A stretch of DNA of 63,963 nucleotides, counting the filler. It is 3 parts of 3 records of this genome, joined end to end, with 100 filler letters (N's around TTAATTAATTAA, not from the genome) between each part and the next. Parts side by side here need not be neighbours in the genome. Positions count along the whole stretch, not along the records: positions 27,583 to 33,356 come from DRR723986_12912; positions 33,457 to 63,963 come from DRR723986_12913; 1 more part is not named here. The stretch is one strand, 5' to 3'. The translations under genes and the position numbers were made by a program. Numbering within the stretch: the stretch's first letter is position 1; each line of letters opens with the position of its first letter. The notes below the pieces were generated by a model that made no database searches, had not been told where the DNA came from, and was given only the letters and a program-made list of their open reading frames with translations. Positions 29,957 through 39,837 of the stretch are shown here, one piece after another.

Positions 29957-31033
29957 ATGTCCGACCCCGTCACAAATGCCGAGGTAGAAGATGTTTTGTC
30001 TTCGATCCGGCGTCTGGTTTCAGAAGACAAACGCCCGATGCAGGCCTTCAAAGACCCTGAGCCGCAGGCCGTTGAACCCAGCGATCGCCTGGTGTTGACC
30101 CCCGCTTTGCGGGTGGCGGATGCCCCGGCAGCGGAAGAAAGCGCAGACACTGCTGATGCGCCGCGATCGGCGGATGATTTTGCGCGGGACGTCCAACAGA
30201 TGACCGCCGCGGCTGAGACAGCCCATGCTGAAGTAGACGTCTCTGATGCGGGCAATGGCGACGAGACGGTCGAAGCAGACCTGCACAAATTGTTCGAGGA
30301 TGAAGCTTCAAGCGAAGAACAGACCGCGCCGGATCAGGACTATTCGGATGATCCTTACGGGTTTGCTGATGATGAGGACGCTGATGGTGCAGAGGACGAA
30401 CAATCCTGGCTGCGCCGCGCCCCCGAGGACGAGGAAGCCCATGACGGGGAAGACGCCCCTGTTGGCACCGCCTCATTGACCGCCAAGATCGAAGCGCTGG
30501 AAACGGCGATTGGCAATATTTCCGACACTTGGGAGCCTGACGCACCGGGCGAGGATGAATATTCTGGCACAGATGCGCCGGCGATGTCCTGGGAGGATGA
30601 GGCCAACGACCAGCCAGAACCCGCCCAGCCGGAAGAGGCATCACAGGACGCCGAAAGCGATGCCCTTGTCGTGATGGAAGACATCACCGAGGCGGTTAAA
30701 GAGGATAAAGACGAAGATACCTCACCCGGCATTTTTGCCTCGACGCGCCATCATGCGGCGGATGTCCCTGAAATGCCGGAAGAATCCGCGCGTGAAGCAG
30801 ACGCAATGCTGACCCCGCCACCAGTGGCGAACGTATCCAGCGCGGCGGATGAGGGTGATTTTGAATACGAACAGGATGATCAGGTCATCGACGAAGAGGC
30901 GCTGCGCGATCTGGTCTCTGAGATTGTCCGGTCTGAACTGCAGGGCGCTTTGGGCGAGCGGATCACCCGCAATGTCCGCAAATTGGTGCGCCGGGAAATT
31001 CACCGCGCATTGACCGCGCAGGAAATGGAATAA
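29957..31033 (+). CDS. PopZ-like polar organising protein (acidic disordered core)
   Basis: N-terminal EDVLSSIRRLVSED helix, long Asp/Glu/Pro/Ala-rich middle, C-terminal helical LRDLVSEIVR..VRREIHR; pcm-tolC-X synteny. Confidence 0.65.
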   Translation: MSDPVTNAEVEDVLSSIRRLVSEDKRPMQAFKDPEPQAVEPSDRLVLTPALRVADAPAAEESADTADAPRSADDFARDVQQMTAAAETAHAEVDVSDAGNGDETVEADLHKLFEDEASSEEQTAPDQDYSDDPYGFADDEDADGAEDEQSWLRRAPEDEEAHDGEDAPVGTASLTAKIEALETAIGNISDTWEPDAPGEDEYSGTDAPAMSWEDEANDQPEPAQPEEASQDAESDALVVMEDITEAVKEDKDEDTSPGIFASTRHHAADVPEMPEESAREADAMLTPPPVANVSSAADEGDFEYEQDDQVIDEEALRDLVSEIVRSELQGALGERITRNVRKLVRREIHRALTAQEME

Positions 31034-31038
31034 CGGTG

Positions 31039-32502
31039 CTAAGCCGTTATTTCGCCTGCGCAATTCAATAACAGGTCAACATCCATGTAACGTTCAACAT
31101 GGTCGGCCAGCGCATCCAGCGCGGCCTCGACGCCGGTCTCAAACACGGCGGATGATGTTCCGCCCAGCCCCGCCAGAAACACGGCGCGGAAGGCGTCAGA
31201 GCTGAAGATCCCATGCATATAGCAGCCCCGCACACGGCCATCGAGACTGGCCGCGCCTTCGGGGCGGCCGTCAAAGTCGAGCCATGCGCGTTCAGTGTCC
31301 GGGCCGGAGGTTTCGCCGATGTGGATCTCATAGCCGTCCAAATGCGCGCCGCTTTCGCAGTGCGTGCCCGATTTGAGCGACAAATGTTTGATCGGGGCCA
31401 TCTCTGTTTCGATGTCCAGTTGCCCAAGACCAGCAACCTCTGACGGATCGCCCTCAATGCCGTGCGGATCAGCAATCCGGCGTCCAAGCATCTGATAGCC
31501 GCCGCACAGGCCCAGCACATGCCCTCCGCGCCGGATATGGGCGGCCAGATCAATATCCCAGCCCTCGGCGCGGAAGGCCGCCAGATCGGCGATGGTTGCC
31601 TTGCTGCCGACCATCAAGACCAGATCCGCATCCGCGGGCAGGGGGCTGCCCGGCATGATCATCCGCAGATCCACACCCGGCTCAGCAGCGAGCGGATCAA
31701 GATCGTCAAAGTTGGAAATGCGCGGCAGGCGCGGAACTGCGATCACAATGCCATCGCCGCTGGATCGCGCCCGCGCGGGCAGGTCCATCACATCCTCGGC
31801 TGGCAGGCGGTGCGCCTGATCGAACCACGGGATCACCCCAAGCGAGGGCCAGCCGGTGCGCCGGGCGATGTCGTCCCGTCCGGCATCAAAGAGGCTGCGA
31901 TCCCCGCGAAATTTGTTGACGGCAAAGCCGCGCACCAAGGCGTTGTCTTCGGCCTCTAGCACCGCTTGCGTGCCGACGATCTGCGCAATCACGCCGCCCC
32001 GATCAATATCGCCCATCAAGATCACCGGGACATGCGCGGCGCGGGCAAAACCCATGTTGGCAATGTCGCCGGCCCTCAGATTGGTCTCGGCGGGGCTTCC
32101 GGCCCCTTCGACGATGATCAAATCGCATTTCTCGGCCAGACGATGAAAGGACTGCAACACCGCTGGCATCAGCGCGTTCTTGTTCTTGCCAAAGGCGGCG
32201 GCCTCCTGATGGCCCGCGATTTGCCCCTGTACAATCACCTGCGCCCCTGTGGCGGTCTGCGGTTTGAGCAGGATCGGGTTCATATCCGTGTGGGGCGCAA
32301 CGCCAGCCGCACGGGCCTGCAAGGCCTGCGCCCGGCCAATCTCGCCGCCATCCTCGGTCACGGCGGCGTTGTTGGACATGTTCTGCGGCTTGAAGGGGCG
32401 CACGGTCATCCCCCGCCGGGTGCAGGCGCGGATCAGCCCTGCAACAATCATGGATTTGCCGACATTGCTGCCGGTGCCTTGAATCATGATGGCTTTGGTC
32501 AT
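31039..32502 (-). CDS. cobQ: Cobyric acid synthase
   Basis: [43 protein letters not shown]; true start MTKAIM at 32502. Confidence 0.96.
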   Translation of the reverse strand: MTKAIMIQGTGSNVGKSMIVAGLIRACTRRGMTVRPFKPQNMSNNAAVTEDGGEIGRAQALQARAAGVAPHTDMNPILLKPQTATGAQVIVQGQIAGHQEAAAFGKNKNALMPAVLQSFHRLAEKCDLIIVEGAGSPAETNLRAGDIANMGFARAAHVPVILMGDIDRGGVIAQIVGTQAVLEAEDNALVRGFAVNKFRGDRSLFDAGRDDIARRTGWPSLGVIPWFDQAHRLPAEDVMDLPARARSSGDGIVIAVPRLPRISNFDDLDPLAAEPGVDLRMIMPGSPLPADADLVLMVGSKATIADLAAFRAEGWDIDLAAHIRRGGHVLGLCGGYQMLGRRIADPHGIEGDPSEVAGLGQLDIETEMAPIKHLSLKSGTHCESGAHLDGYEIHIGETSGPDTERAWLDFDGRPEGAASLDGRVRGCYMHGIFSSDAFRAVFLAGLGGTSSAVFETGVEAALDALADHVERYMDVDLLLNCAGEITA

Positions 32503-32669
32503 GGGGGGCCTTTGTCCGTTTGACCGCAAAATGGCGCAATTCGGACAGGGGCGAAAGCACTTTGGCGACCAACAGGTCGGAAAGAACGGCGCGGCGGGCG
32601 CGGCACTGCTCAAAAACAAAAGACGCAGCCCGAAGGCTACGTCTTTTTGTCAGTTCTTTGATTGGATGC

Positions 32670-32990
32670 TTAGGCCGCTTCGGCCTGTTGTGCGGCATTG
32701 CGACGCTCGGATTCTTCGCGCGACAGCGCAACAGAGGTCCGAACACCCTTGCCAACAAAATCCATCAGACCTTCCACAACACGTTCGTTGGGGTCGATGC
32801 CTGCACAGCTCAACACTTCACGGCCGTCGCGCGAACGCGCCCAGCGTGCAATCTGCTCGGGGCCATTGCCATATTTCTTGTCGTCAGCAATAGCGTCGTC
32901 CAGTGCAGCCAGTACCACAGCTGCGAAAAGTTTACGGGCACGGTTGCCTTGTTCGTTATTGAAAGCGGTGCCATCAACGAAATCTTTCAT
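32670..32990 (-). CDS. Conserved small roseobacter protein (DUF6280-like)
   Basis: 106-aa ORF, ARKLFAAVVLAALDDAI..REVLSCAGIDP; family name from recall, not verified. Confidence 0.7.
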   Translation of the reverse strand: MKDFVDGTAFNNEQGNRARKLFAAVVLAALDDAIADDKKYGNGPEQIARWARSRDGREVLSCAGIDPNERVVEGLMDFVGKGVRTSVALSREESERRNAAQQAEAA

Positions 32991-33089
32991 CTCGTCGTCC
33001 TTTCCATTATTCTTGCTCTTGTCATTTCGGCGTGAAGCCCCTTATGACGGATCTCGCGCGATTCGGATACCAATTTTTTGCATAACTCC

Positions 33090-33106
33090 TATGCATTTGA
33101 TGCATA
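33090..33106. promoter_or_regulatory. Dyad TATGCAT-TTG-ATGCATA (LysR-type box)
   Basis: ATGC-N7-GCAT palindrome in the divergent intergenic region. Confidence 0.45.
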
Positions 33107-33209
33107 TCTATCCATTATCGGCACGAGATATCGTTGCCTTGCAGGGGGCGCACCTCCCAGATATAGAGCGGAACATCATTCTATCAACCTTTTGCCTTGG
33201 TTTGGACAC

Positions 33210-33356
33210 ATGCCTAAAATTAACGGAAATGAGATTCGCCCCGGTAACGTGCTGGAGCATAACGGTGGCCTTTGGGCAGCTGTGAAAGTCGATCACGTCA
33301 AGCCCGGCAAGGGTGGCGCGTTTGCTCAGGTCGAGATGCGCAACCTGCGCAACGGC
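33210..33356 (+). CDS. efp: Elongation factor P (5' part, truncated by contig end)
   Basis: [33 protein letters not shown]. Confidence 0.95.
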
Positions 33357-33456
33357 NNNNNNNNNNNNNNNNNNNNNNNNNNNNNNNNNNNNNNNNNNNN
33401 TTAATTAATTAANNNNNNNNNNNNNNNNNNNNNNNNNNNNNNNNNNNNNNNNNNNN
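33357..33456. other. Artificial contig spacer
   Basis: 44 N + TTAATTAATTAA + 44 N. Confidence 0.98.
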
Positions 33457-33457
33457 G

Positions 33458-33910
33458 GTTCCAGAGTGCCGAACTAAGGTTTGCACCTACCGAACTTGCA
33501 AGATGGTTTGCGAACAACGCACGAAGAACGTTTGCTACCGCACCTGCAAGATGGTTCCTGAGTGCAAGACTCAGACTTACACCGTCTGCAACTGGACCTG
33601 CGAAAACGTTTGCAAGCAAGTTCCTTACACTGTCTGCGTTCCAGTATGCGAGCAAAAGACAATCAAGGTTTGCAAGCGAGTTCCTGTTTGCGTTCCTTAC
33701 ACCGTAACGGTTTGCGTTCCTAAGGTTGTTTGCGAGCAAGTTCCTGTCGAAGTCAGCTGCGGATGCACCTGCAACGGCGGAAACGCTTCTCGCGGTGGCC
33801 TACTCAGCCGTCTTGCTGATCGCCTTGGCGGTCGACGAGCTGCTGGCTGCGGATGCGGAAGCTCTTGCGGCGGATGTGACAGCGGTTGCGACAGCGGCTG
33901 CGGATGCTAA
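33458..33910 (+). CDS. Cys/Val/Thr-rich repeat protein (3' part)
   Basis: Open from contig start; repeats VPEC.TK..Y.TCKM / VPYTVCVP; C-terminal GCGC..CDSGCDSGCGC. Confidence 0.75.
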   Translation, partial: VPECRTKVCTYRTCKMVCEQRTKNVCYRTCKMVPECKTQTYTVCNWTCENVCKQVPYTVCVPVCEQKTIKVCKRVPVCVPYTVTVCVPKVVCEQVPVEVSCGCTCNGGNASRGGLLSRLADRLGGRRAAGCGCGSSCGGCDSGCDSGCGC

Positions 33911-33946
33911 GACCTGCCCCTCAGGTTCGATAACCAAGCACAGTGC

Positions 33947-34119
33947 GACTGAAACCGCAATTCAGAAGCACTGTGTCGAACCGGACCGGGGGAAATCTTA
34001 CCACCCCATAGTGTTGAACGGCTGAATTGATTCACATTCAACGCGCCCGATGGAACCGGTAATAACCTTCCACCCGTCCGGATGATGATCTGGTGGAGTT
34101 AAGCAAAAGGCGGTCAGTT
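33947..34119 (+). ncRNA. Rod-shaped structured RNA, candidate 6S RNA
   Basis: Nested pairings GACTG..ACCGC/GCGGTCAGTT, CCGGAC/GTCCGG, GGG.GGAA/TTCC.CCC, TTACC/GGTAA, CCAT/ATGG, GTGTTGAA/TTCAACGC, TGAAT/ATTCA; about 173 nt; followed by terminator; strand inferred from the T-tract. Confidence 0.55.
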
Positions 34120-34151
34120 TGCCATGGAGGCAAGTCTGGCCGCTTTTTTTT
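34105..34151 (+). terminator. Rho-independent terminator
   Basis: GCGGTCAG.TTGCC / GGCAAG.CTGGCCGC stem followed by T8. Confidence 0.85.
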
Positions 34152-34317
34152 ATGCGCTGCTCAAACCAATTCTGCTTACCCGCCAGCAAACTCTGCTCGC
34201 ATCTTCGCGGTGGATTCTAGGGTGTTGCGAGCGATCGCTAGGAAGTCACGCGCCTAAACAACGTGCCCGTCGAGCCTTTTCGATTGGGATGAATGGGTTT
34301 CAATGAGGGGCGATGGC

Positions 34318-34800
34318 ATGCGGTACAGTATGAAAGAGAAGTTTTGGTCGTGGGGAAATGATTTTCATATCTGCGATGCGAATCAGCAGCCTGTGTTTTT
34401 CGTCGACGGACAGGCGTTTTCGTGGGGAACCAAACTATCGCTGCAGGACATCTCGGGCCGAGAGTTGGCGTTTATCAGCCAGAAACTGCTTAGCTGGATG
34501 CCCAAGTACGAGATCTACCGAGGTGGAAACCTGTTCGCGGAAGTCCTGAAGGAATTCAGTTGGTTCACCAAGAAGTTCACGCTGGATGTCCCCGGCCCCA
34601 ATGACTATTCAATCGACGGTAGTTTCTGGGAGCACGAGTACCAATTTGTGCGAGGTGGCGTTTGCGTCGCGTCGGTATCGAAGAAGTATTTTTCGTGGAC
34701 CGATACGTACGGCATCGATATCGTCGATGGAGAAGATGACGTTGCCATTTTGGCGACAGTTGTTGTCATCGACCAAGTCTTGCACGACGACAAGAAGTAG
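34318..34800 (+). CDS. LURP-one-related / YxjI (tubby C-terminal-like) protein
   Basis: KEKFWSWGNDFHI.D..VDG, IDGSFWEHEY, WTDTYGIDI..VVVID; RBS GAGGGG before ATG 34318. Confidence 0.88.
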   Translation: MRYSMKEKFWSWGNDFHICDANQQPVFFVDGQAFSWGTKLSLQDISGRELAFISQKLLSWMPKYEIYRGGNLFAEVLKEFSWFTKKFTLDVPGPNDYSIDGSFWEHEYQFVRGGVCVASVSKKYFSWTDTYGIDIVDGEDDVAILATVVVIDQVLHDDKK

Positions 34801-34824
34801 CTCCGTGCAAGATAACAACTTGGA

Positions 34825-34953
34825 TTAGCGTCGGGTTGCACCCAACACGCATGAAGAATCTCGGTGGGTTTTACCCACCCTACAAGAATTCTTACGTGCC
34901 CTACGGCTGAGGCTGCATGGCTGCAAAATTCGCAGGCTGGCAGCCTACGCTAC
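34825..34953. repeat. GTAG-family REP cluster
   Basis: GGTGGGTTTTACCCACCCTAC (34863-34883), a degenerate inverted partner (34825-34846), and GCAGGCTGGCAGCCTACGCTAC (34932-34953). Confidence 0.75.
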
Positions 34954-34958
34954 GGGGG

Positions 34959-37900
34959 CTAGCGGCTGCGGGTTGGGATTTGCTTGATCAGTTCGGTGCC
35001 AGGTCTGCAGGCCGGGCTCCCGCCGCCCAGGGCCTCGATGTACTCGGACAGGATGCCTTGCGATTGCGAAATGTATCCTGACTTCAAGCTCTCCTGCAGC
35101 AATTGGCGGAAATCGGCATAGGAGTTACATGACTTGGCGTGAGACCAGTCAATGCTCGACGGGACTTCAAGAGCCAGCTCAGACAGTTCATGGCAGATAC
35201 ACTGGGCGAAACTTACGGCGGCCTGATCATCGGCATCCAAGAACACACTGCTCTTCAGCTCGATAACCTCGTTGACGATCCGCATGGAAACCTCGTTTGC
35301 AATCTGAGGGAGCCCGTCAACGAATGGGTATTTATCGTGCTTTTTAAATAAATCAGCGATGTCCAAGGCCAACTTGACGACTATGCTCACCAGCTTGGAT
35401 CTACCGCCAATTTGAAAAATGGCCGATGGTGATCCCCGGTGTAACTGCTGGCAACTGATTGCCAACGCGGCAAGGTGGGCGGCGTAACAGTGCTTTGTCG
35501 CTTCGCTGAAATCTTGTCCAAGTTTGAAGTCGATTTCATTGTTCAGCTCTAACTTACCGTCCACGATTGCCGCTACAAGGGAGCTGGTGGTCGTGGCGCG
35601 ATAATCTAAGGTTCCATAAACGTCGCGATTAACAACGCTGCAGACGGTTTCCAAGTAGGCAGCGGCGATGTCCGCGTTGGTCATGGACTTCTGAAGCCAG
35701 TAATTGCACTTTGCGCGCAATCGCTTTCGAGTCTTTTCTCGTTCGTGTCGATGATCTTGTGCTTCGTTAGCAGGGTGGCCTTGCAATTCCCAACTGCTGA
35801 GAACGGCATCAATGTTGTGGAGGGCTACCGTTTCGCCCGCAAATGATGGGAATCTGGATTCAGCGCTATTGCCCGTCCAAATCGACTCACCGTAAACATC
35901 GTCTTCGCGATAGCTTATTTCTTCGTAGCAAGCTTGAACGTAGGCCCGTTTTAGTCGCTTTTCAACCTCGCTAAGCAGTGGCTGCATTGCACCAGAATAC
36001 TCCGATGGATAGTGCTTGGACTGCGTCCAGATTTCAGCCTCATTCCAGCGGTGTATGTTGTTGCAAAGTCGGTTGCCGATGTGGTAACCGAGGTGCTGGT
36101 ACGCTTCGACCTGTTCGTCAGTGTAGAACTGGTTGGTCGTCGGCTCGTCTGGGAAGGAGGGGAAACAGTGACGGATTTGTTGGATCTCGATTGGATCGGA
36201 TTCCGTGATCGCCATCTGAGCATAGAAAAGGTAACCACATTCCTCGATCTCTGGATACTTGATCCTCATTGCCAGGAACGGTTGTGCGACCAATCGACGG
36301 TCATCTCGATTGAGGCGTCCAAAGTCGATGGGCGCATCATGGTCAAGGTCGAGGAATCGCACGCCCTGCTGGGAGGTCGCGTTGTGGCACATCTTGGCTA
36401 GTGACGAAAGCGTGTGTTCTCCTGCGTTAACGCCAGCATCGCTGACAATTATTAACTTGCACCGCCGGCGGATCAATTCATTGACGCCCAAGAAATCGTA
36501 GAAGCCGCCGTCGGCAACAAACGCTCGTGGCCACCGCTTAGAAGCTTCGGTAAGTTGGTCGCCCAGCGAGGCCGCGCTTGTGCCCTTCGGCAAAAACATG
36601 TTTGCGAGCAGGTAGGGGTAGCCCAAGTTGAAGCAGTGGCCGATCGCAAGCAGCACGCAAGTTGCGATGATTAGCGACTTAAGGATCAGACTGAGGCCAG
36701 TGAACGTGAGGCAGATGATGCAAACGGCAACCAGCACCAGAATGACAGGGCCCTTGTCGTGCGTCGTCTGACCACCTTGTTCAGAATCTGGATGCTGAAA
36801 TTTGAGCCACCTGCCGATACGGCCGCCGAAGAAATCCAGAATCGCGGCGAGAGCGATATTGTTGGTCATCAGTGGCGTAACTGCAGAACCACTAATCGCG
36901 ACAGCGTCCTTGAGCTTGATCGGGTCGTTGCTGACAGCTACCGCGGATTGTTCTTTGACTATTTCACCATCATGGGACGTAGTTCCGGCGACGTTCCGAT
37001 TCCAAAGGTGTACGCCGAGCGGCGTGCAGGTGACGTTCTCGGATTCGATTTGAAACGAGTCAGCGGCCTGATTGGGGCGTTGCCAGGTGGCTTGATAAAT
37101 TGGAAAAGGCAAACCGTGTTCGGTTGGCTTCAAGTCTTCGAGCATCGTTTCGCCGCAGAAACGACCGTCGGGTTGCTTCCTGAGAAAATGTGTCGCGATG
37201 CGGCTGCGGTAGAAGTAATAAGCGTAAACAATTGCGTTCAAATCGATTGTTGCCATCAGCCCGAAGGTGAGCAGGCTAAGCCAGACGACAAGCCAACGCA
37301 ATCGCGCCTGTTGGTCATGAGGTTGGATATAGTGGGTGCTCACGTCGTTGTGCGCAACGAGCAATTTGCCGCCTATGAGTTCGAGCAAGAAATGATTGAG
37401 CTCAGCGGTTTGCAGTTTCTGAAGAGATTCCGGGGCAGCAGCGATCCCATCCGCAGCACTATTGGGAAGCCGTGAAGAATCGGTCGTCTTGGATGCGTTT
37501 TCGTGATCGGGAGAAGACTTGGTGAAATGGAGAGCGTGTGCTTGCATCAGGGAACAGAATCGTTCACGGTTTGAGGTGCTCCAGCCGTGAAGGTGTGATG
37601 CTAGCCACTCGCTGTCGACAAGCAACTTTGGTGAAGCAGGCGGAACGCTTTGACTGGCATTGAACGAAACGCTCGCGCCTTCCCCCTCCGACTCAACACT
37701 AGCGGTTGCATCCCATTGGGGGGTGGCATTTTCTTGTCCTACAAACTTGATCTTCAATCGATCGATCAAATAATCCGTGAACGAGGGTTCGACCAAGAAG
37801 TTCTTGTTGAAATGGTCTACAAATTTGCTTTGCTTTTCGAGCATTTGCCGCGCTCGGGCGGATTGGTTGTCCGCGAGTACATCTGCAAATTTCGCCGGTA

Positions 37901-39599
37901 AGAACGAATACGCTGCGAGACGCGACATGCGGCCAAATCCTGATAGCTCATATTCTGGAGCTTGGAATTCTTTGGGAACCGCAGGTTCCGACTCTTCTTG
38001 AGCGGCATCACCGTAAAGGCTTTGAGCTTGGCCGTTGAGAATATTGCTAGCCAAGTACTTCCGGCTATTACTCGGTGACATTTGCCGCGAATAGAGTTCT
38101 CGATCCAATGCTTCGACAGGAAACCGTCGGTTGAATTCTGCGACTCGTTCTTCTCGATCGCGTTCTTTGCCGTTTAAGGTGGTGGCCTGTTGAGCGATGT
38201 GGTGCAGTCTTTTCCAGTCCGTGACTTCGCCACGGAGTAGAAATGGGTCGCGGTGGTTTGCAAACTGGCTTACGTTTTCACATGCCATTAGGTGGACGAA
38301 GGCGAAAAAGGCTACACCAACGACAGCAAAAGTAACCACAGATTGGAGAGCTTTTTGCCAGTTGGCGGCCTCGCTCTTTTCGCTTTTGAACAGGCGGTCT
38401 CGTCCAAGGAAAACGAGGATTTGAATTGCACCAGCGATTAGAGCAATATAGTTAGCAAAATAGTTTAGGTGTAGTTCGTTGTTTGTTCCGGTTCGGGCCG
38501 TAGTGAGGCTGTTGCCTATGCTGACGGCCACGGATGTGACCAAGAAGAACAACGACAAGAAAAGGAGTAGTCCAACTATGCGATGCGAGACCGTTCCGAT
38601 CTTCTTGAGCACCGACATAGCGTCATCGTTGTTTCGAAACAGTCGGTTGCTTGCTCGCAATAATGAGTCAAAACCGACGCTGATGACTAGCAGGATAGCG
38701 ACAGCCAAGGTTGGCAAGAACGAGAAGACAATCTCACCACCATCGAAAAAGCCAATGTCGTCCTCAACAACCATGCGGTAAACGGGCTCGTCGAAGCTGC
38801 GAAAGCCAAGTGCCAGGAGGGTGGCGATGGTGCCGAGCAAACCGATGTAGACGCACTTTGTTGCAACCTGGTAGCGGACGAAGCTGACCATTCCCTTCCA
38901 AGTGCTTTGGAGATAGGACCCGACGTTGGGCAGATGTTCGGCGTCTACCTTGCCGTTGTCAGGATTGACTCCCAGCCACCACGCCGGCTTGGGCGGTTCA
39001 TCGCAATCCGGATTGTCAGGGTTGGCTTCCGGCTTGGTGGCGTGGAAGTTCTGTGGCTGTTTATCTTTGTCTCCACCCTCGGCTTTCGTTAGCAGGTGCC
39101 CAGCGATATAGCCTCCTCCGGAGACGCTGCACAGGTAGTCGACGTAGCGGAGTAGACCACAGTGGGACAGTGCTCGAAGGAAGCCATCGTTAAACAGCGC
39201 ACTTCGCAGTCCGCCGCCGCTGAGGGCAAGCCCTACGACGTCAGTGAACTCCGAGGATTCTTCGCAATCGCTTTTATCCGTAACGCCTTTCGAATCACGG
39301 TCCTCGCAAGTTGCGGGGCCCTGTTCGGCGACTGGACTTGCGTTGCAGGCTCGCCCTTGGTGGGATTGCTCCTGCGGTTCGCCTGAAGAGCTGGCTGTAG
39401 AGGCACCAAAGGCGACTCGACGACGCTCTCTCAATAGCGCTTCTTCTGCCTGTTTCAAGTCAGCGAAACGGAAGAGCTTTTCGCCGGTTTCGCGGTCCTG
39501 TTGATTCGCACCAGGCAGGTTGTGTTCTTGGTCGGCTGCCTTGTTTGGGGCAGCCTTTGAGCGGGGCAAATGAGCATCGGGCTTGCTCGGTGAAGACAT
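34959..39599 (-). CDS. Very large multi-TM patatin/cPLA2-like phospholipase
   Basis: GLALSGGGLRSA oxyanion loop, SVSGG nucleophile elbow, AVAISGSA, ADGGFYDFLG catalytic Asp; many TM helices between the motifs; RBS GGAG. Confidence 0.85.
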   Translation of the reverse strand: MSSPSKPDAHLPRSKAAPNKAADQEHNLPGANQQDRETGEKLFRFADLKQAEEALLRERRRVAFGASTASSSGEPQEQSHQGRACNASPVAEQGPATCEDRDSKGVTDKSDCEESSEFTDVVGLALSGGGLRSALFNDGFLRALSHCGLLRYVDYLCSVSGGGYIAGHLLTKAEGGDKDKQPQNFHATKPEANPDNPDCDEPPKPAWWLGVNPDNGKVDAEHLPNVGSYLQSTWKGMVSFVRYQVATKCVYIGLLGTIATLLALGFRSFDEPVYRMVVEDDIGFFDGGEIVFSFLPTLAVAILLVISVGFDSLLRASNRLFRNNDDAMSVLKKIGTVSHRIVGLLLFLSLFFLVTSVAVSIGNSLTTARTGTNNELHLNYFANYIALIAGAIQILVFLGRDRLFKSEKSEAANWQKALQSVVTFAVVGVAFFAFVHLMACENVSQFANHRDPFLLRGEVTDWKRLHHIAQQATTLNGKERDREERVAEFNRRFPVEALDRELYSRQMSPSNSRKYLASNILNGQAQSLYGDAAQEESEPAVPKEFQAPEYELSGFGRMSRLAAYSFLPAKFADVLADNQSARARQMLEKQSKFVDHFNKNFLVEPSFTDYLIDRLKIKFVGQENATPQWDATASVESEGEGASVSFNASQSVPPASPKLLVDSEWLASHLHGWSTSNRERFCSLMQAHALHFTKSSPDHENASKTTDSSRLPNSAADGIAAAPESLQKLQTAELNHFLLELIGGKLLVAHNDVSTHYIQPHDQQARLRWLVVWLSLLTFGLMATIDLNAIVYAYYFYRSRIATHFLRKQPDGRFCGETMLEDLKPTEHGLPFPIYQATWQRPNQAADSFQIESENVTCTPLGVHLWNRNVAGTTSHDGEIVKEQSAVAVSNDPIKLKDAVAISGSAVTPLMTNNIALAAILDFFGGRIGRWLKFQHPDSEQGGQTTHDKGPVILVLVAVCIICLTFTGLSLILKSLIIATCVLLAIGHCFNLGYPYLLANMFLPKGTSAASLGDQLTEASKRWPRAFVADGGFYDFLGVNELIRRRCKLIIVSDAGVNAGEHTLSSLAKMCHNATSQQGVRFLDLDHDAPIDFGRLNRDDRRLVAQPFLAMRIKYPEIEECGYLFYAQMAITESDPIEIQQIRHCFPSFPDEPTTNQFYTDEQVEAYQHLGYHIGNRLCNNIHRWNEAEIWTQSKHYPSEYSGAMQPLLSEVEKRLKRAYVQACYEEISYREDDVYGESIWTGNSAESRFPSFAGETVALHNIDAVLSSWELQGHPANEAQDHRHEREKTRKRLRAKCNYWLQKSMTNADIAAAYLETVCSVVNRDVYGTLDYRATTTSSLVAAIVDGKLELNNEIDFKLGQDFSEATKHCYAAHLAALAISCQQLHRGSPSAIFQIGGRSKLVSIVVKLALDIADLFKKHDKYPFVDGLPQIANEVSMRIVNEVIELKSSVFLDADDQAAVSFAQCICHELSELALEVPSSIDWSHAKSCNSYADFRQLLQESLKSGYISQSQGILSEYIEALGGGSPACRPGTELIKQIPTRSR

Positions 39600-39837
39600 C
39601 AGGTTCTCCCCAGAATGATCGCTTCAGTTCGTTGGGGGGTATTCTTGCCCCTCTCGGCGGCTAATGCAAGCATTGCAGGTTGTTGCGTGGTCGATTTTCA
39701 CCAATATGCACCCCGCTCGGTTCTCCAAGGTGCCTGGTCGCTACGCGTTACCATGCGCCGGCGGCGATGAAATTGACCGAGAAGTGCACCGGCGGCTGAC
39801 GAATTTGGCGATTAAGGCGAACGACCGTTGCAGCAAG

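Noticed and set aside
32503-32619. N-terminal extension of cobQ (and the similar extension of efp at 33078-33209)
   Set aside because: Family-typical starts are MTKAIM (32502) and MPKING (33210); the extensions are ORF-caller artefacts.
27841-32758. Many long overlapping or antisense ORFs in the GC-rich contig (e.g. 27841-28590, 30048-30644, 32003-32758)
   Set aside because: Shadow frames of well-supported genes, with no recognisable motifs.
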